Source of the DNA: Nitrospirota bacterium
GTDB taxonomy: Bacteria > Nitrospirota > UBA9217
Direction: 5' to 3'
NCBI GenBank assembly: GCA_963845065.1
Contig: CAWJQQ010000001.1
Coordinates: 992,001-1,056,000 of the forward strand
DNA length: 64,000 nucleotides
A model generated the notes under the pieces. It ran no database searches and had not been told where the DNA came from. It saw nothing but the letters and a program-made list of their open reading frames with translations. Made by a program: the position numbers and the translations under genes. Shown one piece after another: positions 60,340 through 64,000 of the stretch. The first letter of the stretch is position 1. Every line of letters starts with the position of its first letter.

Positions 60340-61693
60340 ATGTTTAATAGAGATCTTTTCATTATTACGATAGCCGGCATTATGATGGTAGGCTTGGGTA
60401 GCTTTCTCATTATTTACGGAATAACAGGTGGTTTAATCAAAAATAAGATACTAATATAAACGCACTAAGTAATGTTACAAAGTCGCCTAATTTTGCACTT
60501 AGACCAAGAATCAATTGTCTTCTGGACCGTGGCCCAGATAGCATCGAGATTATCGAACAACCGGTTGGTGGTTGATTCATATCGAATTTGACGCCATATC
60601 CGCTCCTGCATGTTCAAAGCGGGCTGATAGGGCGGAAGGTACACGATCCGGAGTCTTTGGTGCTTTTTCAAAAACTCCCGGATCGCATCATCCCTATCCC
60701 AACGTATGCGGTCAACATACAGCCAGATAGTATAGCCACGAAGTCGGCTATAAAGGTGCTGCAACACCTTCAGGAAACCCTCTCGGTTTCCGCGTTCCGT
60801 CTGGATTGCTCCAGCATGGCCCAGAAGAGGAGCCACCCAGCCGGCGACATTCAGGCGCTTCTGATGCTGGCTCGTTGTCGGAACCTTAAGCCGCTTTCCG
60901 ATGAGTGCCCAACCCTGGCCCAGCCTTGGAGGCAGGGTAAAGCCGCATTCGTCCTGAAAAACAACAGTTTCTTTAGGTCCCAGCGTTTGGAGTTTTTTTT
61001 AGGCTCCTGGCAAACTTCTTCGCGTCGTCGGCGTTTGCTTGGAGATAGGTATGACCGGCACGCTTCAACCGATACCCAAGCTGATGCATAGAGTACTGGG
61101 CCTGACGGACTTTCAACTTTATCCCGAATTGCCGCTGTATATGGGTCGCCAGGGTTGGACCGTCCCATCGGACACGGTTTAGTCCATACTTCTGGGGCGA
61201 TTCCTCCAGATGGCGCTCAATCTGTGCAACAATCTTCGGCGTCATACGAGGGGGACGACCGGACTGTTTTTTCGGAACCAGGGCTTCGACCCCGTCCTTA
61301 TTTACGGCTCGCGTCCAGCGGTTCACATTCATCCGGGTCTGGCCTAGAACCTCGGAGATCCAACCTGGTCGCTGCCCCTCCAGCACCAAAAGGAGTGTGG
61401 CTATCTTTATTCCGATCCAGGCTCCAGGCACTTTCTCGGCCAGAGCCAGCAACTGCTCTTTGGATACGTTTTCAGGGGAGGTTTTCATACGCCCATCATA
61501 ACATAAGACTAGATTAATGTGTAACATTGTTTATTGCGTTTGCATAGTAAATAGTTGGACAAAATTATATGAAACAGGTAGACAAGCTATTGTGCGTGGG
61601 TGGTTCTATATTACGATAGGAATTGTCATTATTTTAATTTATGTAGTCGCTCTTGTTAGAACATTTAAGTCATTAAATGGGGTTGAAATATAA
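60340..61693 (+). pseudogene. Small two-helix membrane protein gene interrupted by IS630
   Basis: Joining 60340-60450 to 61550-61693 gives an open 84-codon frame with an RBS. Confidence 0.7.
60451..61547 (-). mobile_element. IS630-family insertion sequence (HTH ORF and DDE ORF joined by a frameshift at an A8 run)
   Basis: TA duplication; imperfect inverted repeats (AAACGCA.TAA..AATGTTACA); FQDE, YVD and LPPYQPALNMQERIW motifs. Confidence 0.88.
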
Positions 61694-61788
61694 TAATAAC
61701 GATGTTGTGGTTTTCAACCGGAATTTGTTAACAGACTATCCCCGAACGCACGTAACATGAATCAGACGAATATTTACAAGCAGAGAAA

Positions 61789-62082
61789 ATGAATCTCAGA
61801 AAAAATCAAATGGGATATATGTATGAGGTTCCGCTTATAGTCGCGGCAGTAGCAATTTTCTTAATTACGATATTGCCCAAAATGTTGAAATACGCAGTAT
61901 TCGGGAAAATGAGTTTGGTCACCGGTGCATTAATTATTACGGCGGGATTGTATTACATGATTGTTATCCCTGGATGGCAACCGTCTAAGACGAAACGTTT
62001 GCGATGGCCTTATAATATTATCGTTTTCGCCATCATTGCATTTACTATTGCATTTGCAGTTATCGCAGTGCTCATTAAATAG
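61789..62082 (+). CDS. Hypothetical membrane protein
   Basis: Three hydrophobic segments; no family recognised. Confidence 0.55.
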   Translation: MNLRKNQMGYMYEVPLIVAAVAIFLITILPKMLKYAVFGKMSLVTGALIITAGLYYMIVIPGWQPSKTKRLRWPYNIIVFAIIAFTIAFAVIAVLIK

Positions 62083-62321
62083 CATCAGGAATATGCTATA
62101 TTCCGTATGAATTCGAGGATTTATGCTGAGAAATATTGTCTCGAGAACATCCTGTATCTGTGGAATTTCTCTTTTTTGCAATGATGTAATTTCCAACTCA
62201 GACTCTCTCATCACTATCGACCCACTTTTCACCATACGACATCCCCCGTGCGACACTCCCATCCCGTTATTTTCTAAAATCAGACATTTTTACTTTGGTA
62301 AGACATACCAATTCGATGTTG

Positions 62322-62361
62322 TTGACAGGCCGGTAAATCAGGCATATATTCTTGACATAAT
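62322..62361 (+). promoter_or_regulatory. Repeated sigma-70 promoter module, copy 3 (short)
   Basis: TTGACA-17-TATATT with AATCAGGCATATATTC..CATAAT as in copy 1. Confidence 0.6.
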
Positions 62362-62583
62362 CTCGCATTAATAAATCAACCTTCTAAGAGGAATACCTAT
62401 CAATTCATGCATTTTGAATCGCATCAGGACGAAACGGATAAGACCCTGCTAGCGGAGAATAGTAAGATAACTAAGAAGATAACTTCGACTGTCATTATGT
62501 TTATAGTTGAATTCAGTTTGGCGACTTGTGCTGGAATTCGGAATTAGTTGTAACGCTTATTCCTGATTGGCTATAATTAGCTC

Positions 62584-63357
62584 ATGACGATCTTCTTTCT
62601 GAAATCTTTATTGTCCCTACTACTGTTCGTCAGTGCTGCGGCGGCCGTTTACTCCATGTTCGAGGCCCTCGGCCGGAGCACGCCCGCCCACTCCATCGAG
62701 CGCCTCAAGCATATCCACAAAGCCAGCGGCTACCTATATGTAGCGCTCTTCGTCCTCATCTCCTATCTCTGCATCGGCTACGCCGCAGCGTCGAGGGCCG
62801 ACCCATCGCCCCGGGCGGCGCTCCATATCGTTCTCGCCCTTTTCCTTGCCGCACTTTTCCTTCTGAAGGTGCTTTACGTCCGGATCTTCCGCCAGTTCTA
62901 CGCCCAGGCCAGGACCATCGGTATCATCATGGGTGTTCTGAGTTTCGTGCTCGTCGGGCTCACGGGAGGCTTCTATCTCGTCGTGAGCCGCTTCGGCCAG
63001 GACCTAACCGTTGACAAAAGTGTGTATTACGCGTTGAAGGGGCCGCTCCTCACCGTGAAAGAGGTCGAGCCTCCGGGGCTCATGGCAATTAGGACGGACC
63101 GTTTGAGCATCGAGCGGGGCAGGACCTTGTTCGCGTCCAAGTGCGCCATCTGTCACGATCCGGACAGCACCAGGACGATTGTCGGACCGGGGCTTAAGGG
63201 CCTACTTAGGAAACCCGCGCTGCCAATCAGCGGGCACCCCGCGACGGCCGAAAGCATCCGCTTCCAGCTCAAGCAACCCATGGGCCGCATGCCGTCCTTT
63301 GCCTATTTGTCTGATGAAGAGATGGAAGACCTTATCGCCTATCTCAATACATTGTAA
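62584..63357 (+). CDS. Membrane-anchored c-type cytochrome
   Basis: Four N-terminal transmembrane helices with His residues; CAICH, GPGL, MPSF, DLIAYL. Confidence 0.88.
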   Translation: MTIFFLKSLLSLLLFVSAAAAVYSMFEALGRSTPAHSIERLKHIHKASGYLYVALFVLISYLCIGYAAASRADPSPRAALHIVLALFLAALFLLKVLYVRIFRQFYAQARTIGIIMGVLSFVLVGLTGGFYLVVSRFGQDLTVDKSVYYALKGPLLTVKEVEPPGLMAIRTDRLSIERGRTLFASKCAICHDPDSTRTIVGPGLKGLLRKPALPISGHPATAESIRFQLKQPMGRMPSFAYLSDEEMEDLIAYLNTL

Positions 63358-63614
63358 GGGATCGGTAATTCACATGGTCATCTCTGGAGAGTTAAGTCGC
63401 CTTTGGATTAAATATTATTTGTTGACAACGATGTCATTAAACAAGATTCAATCACGCTGGCTTCTCTTCTTTCATCAGGATCTCGGCGTGGCAATTCGCC
63501 CCGCGAAAATCGCTTGGGCAGAGAGCCAGGCAGTCAAGACGGACTCGCCCCTTGCGGGGCTGGCCGCTTACCGCCGGAATTAGCTAGATGGGCAGTGCAA
63601 CACTATCTTCATAG

Positions 63615-64000
<386 letters not shown>

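Overview
Bacterial chromosome window; gene content suggests a Nitrospirota/Desulfobacterota-like organism (inference). The first ~34 kb mixes housekeeping and accessory genes. Housekeeping: xerD 3' end, a DHH-CBS tRNA nucleotidyltransferase, queA, archaeal-type pheS/pheT, a sigma-70 factor, tRNA-Pro and tRNA-Arg. Accessory: an NHEJ cluster with two tandem Ku genes, an L,D-transpeptidase-Mur ligase fusion, and a B12 radical SAM + type III PKS pair. From tRNA-Arg (34.3 kb) on, mobile DNA dominates. An ~11.8-kb island is bounded by a 52-bp duplication of the tRNA 3' end and holds an IS110, an IS3 relic, attC-like sites, a toxin-antitoxin pair, an IS1634 and a group II intron. It is followed by two matching IS1182 copies flanking cargo, a second intact group II intron, an IS630 and the start of katG. 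The standout is a 2,255-bp serine-recombinase element inserted precisely into the conserved PQGGVISP codons of the first intron's reverse transcriptase. Its attP is reconstructable as a palindrome, and the recombinase C-terminus differs between the integrated and excised states.
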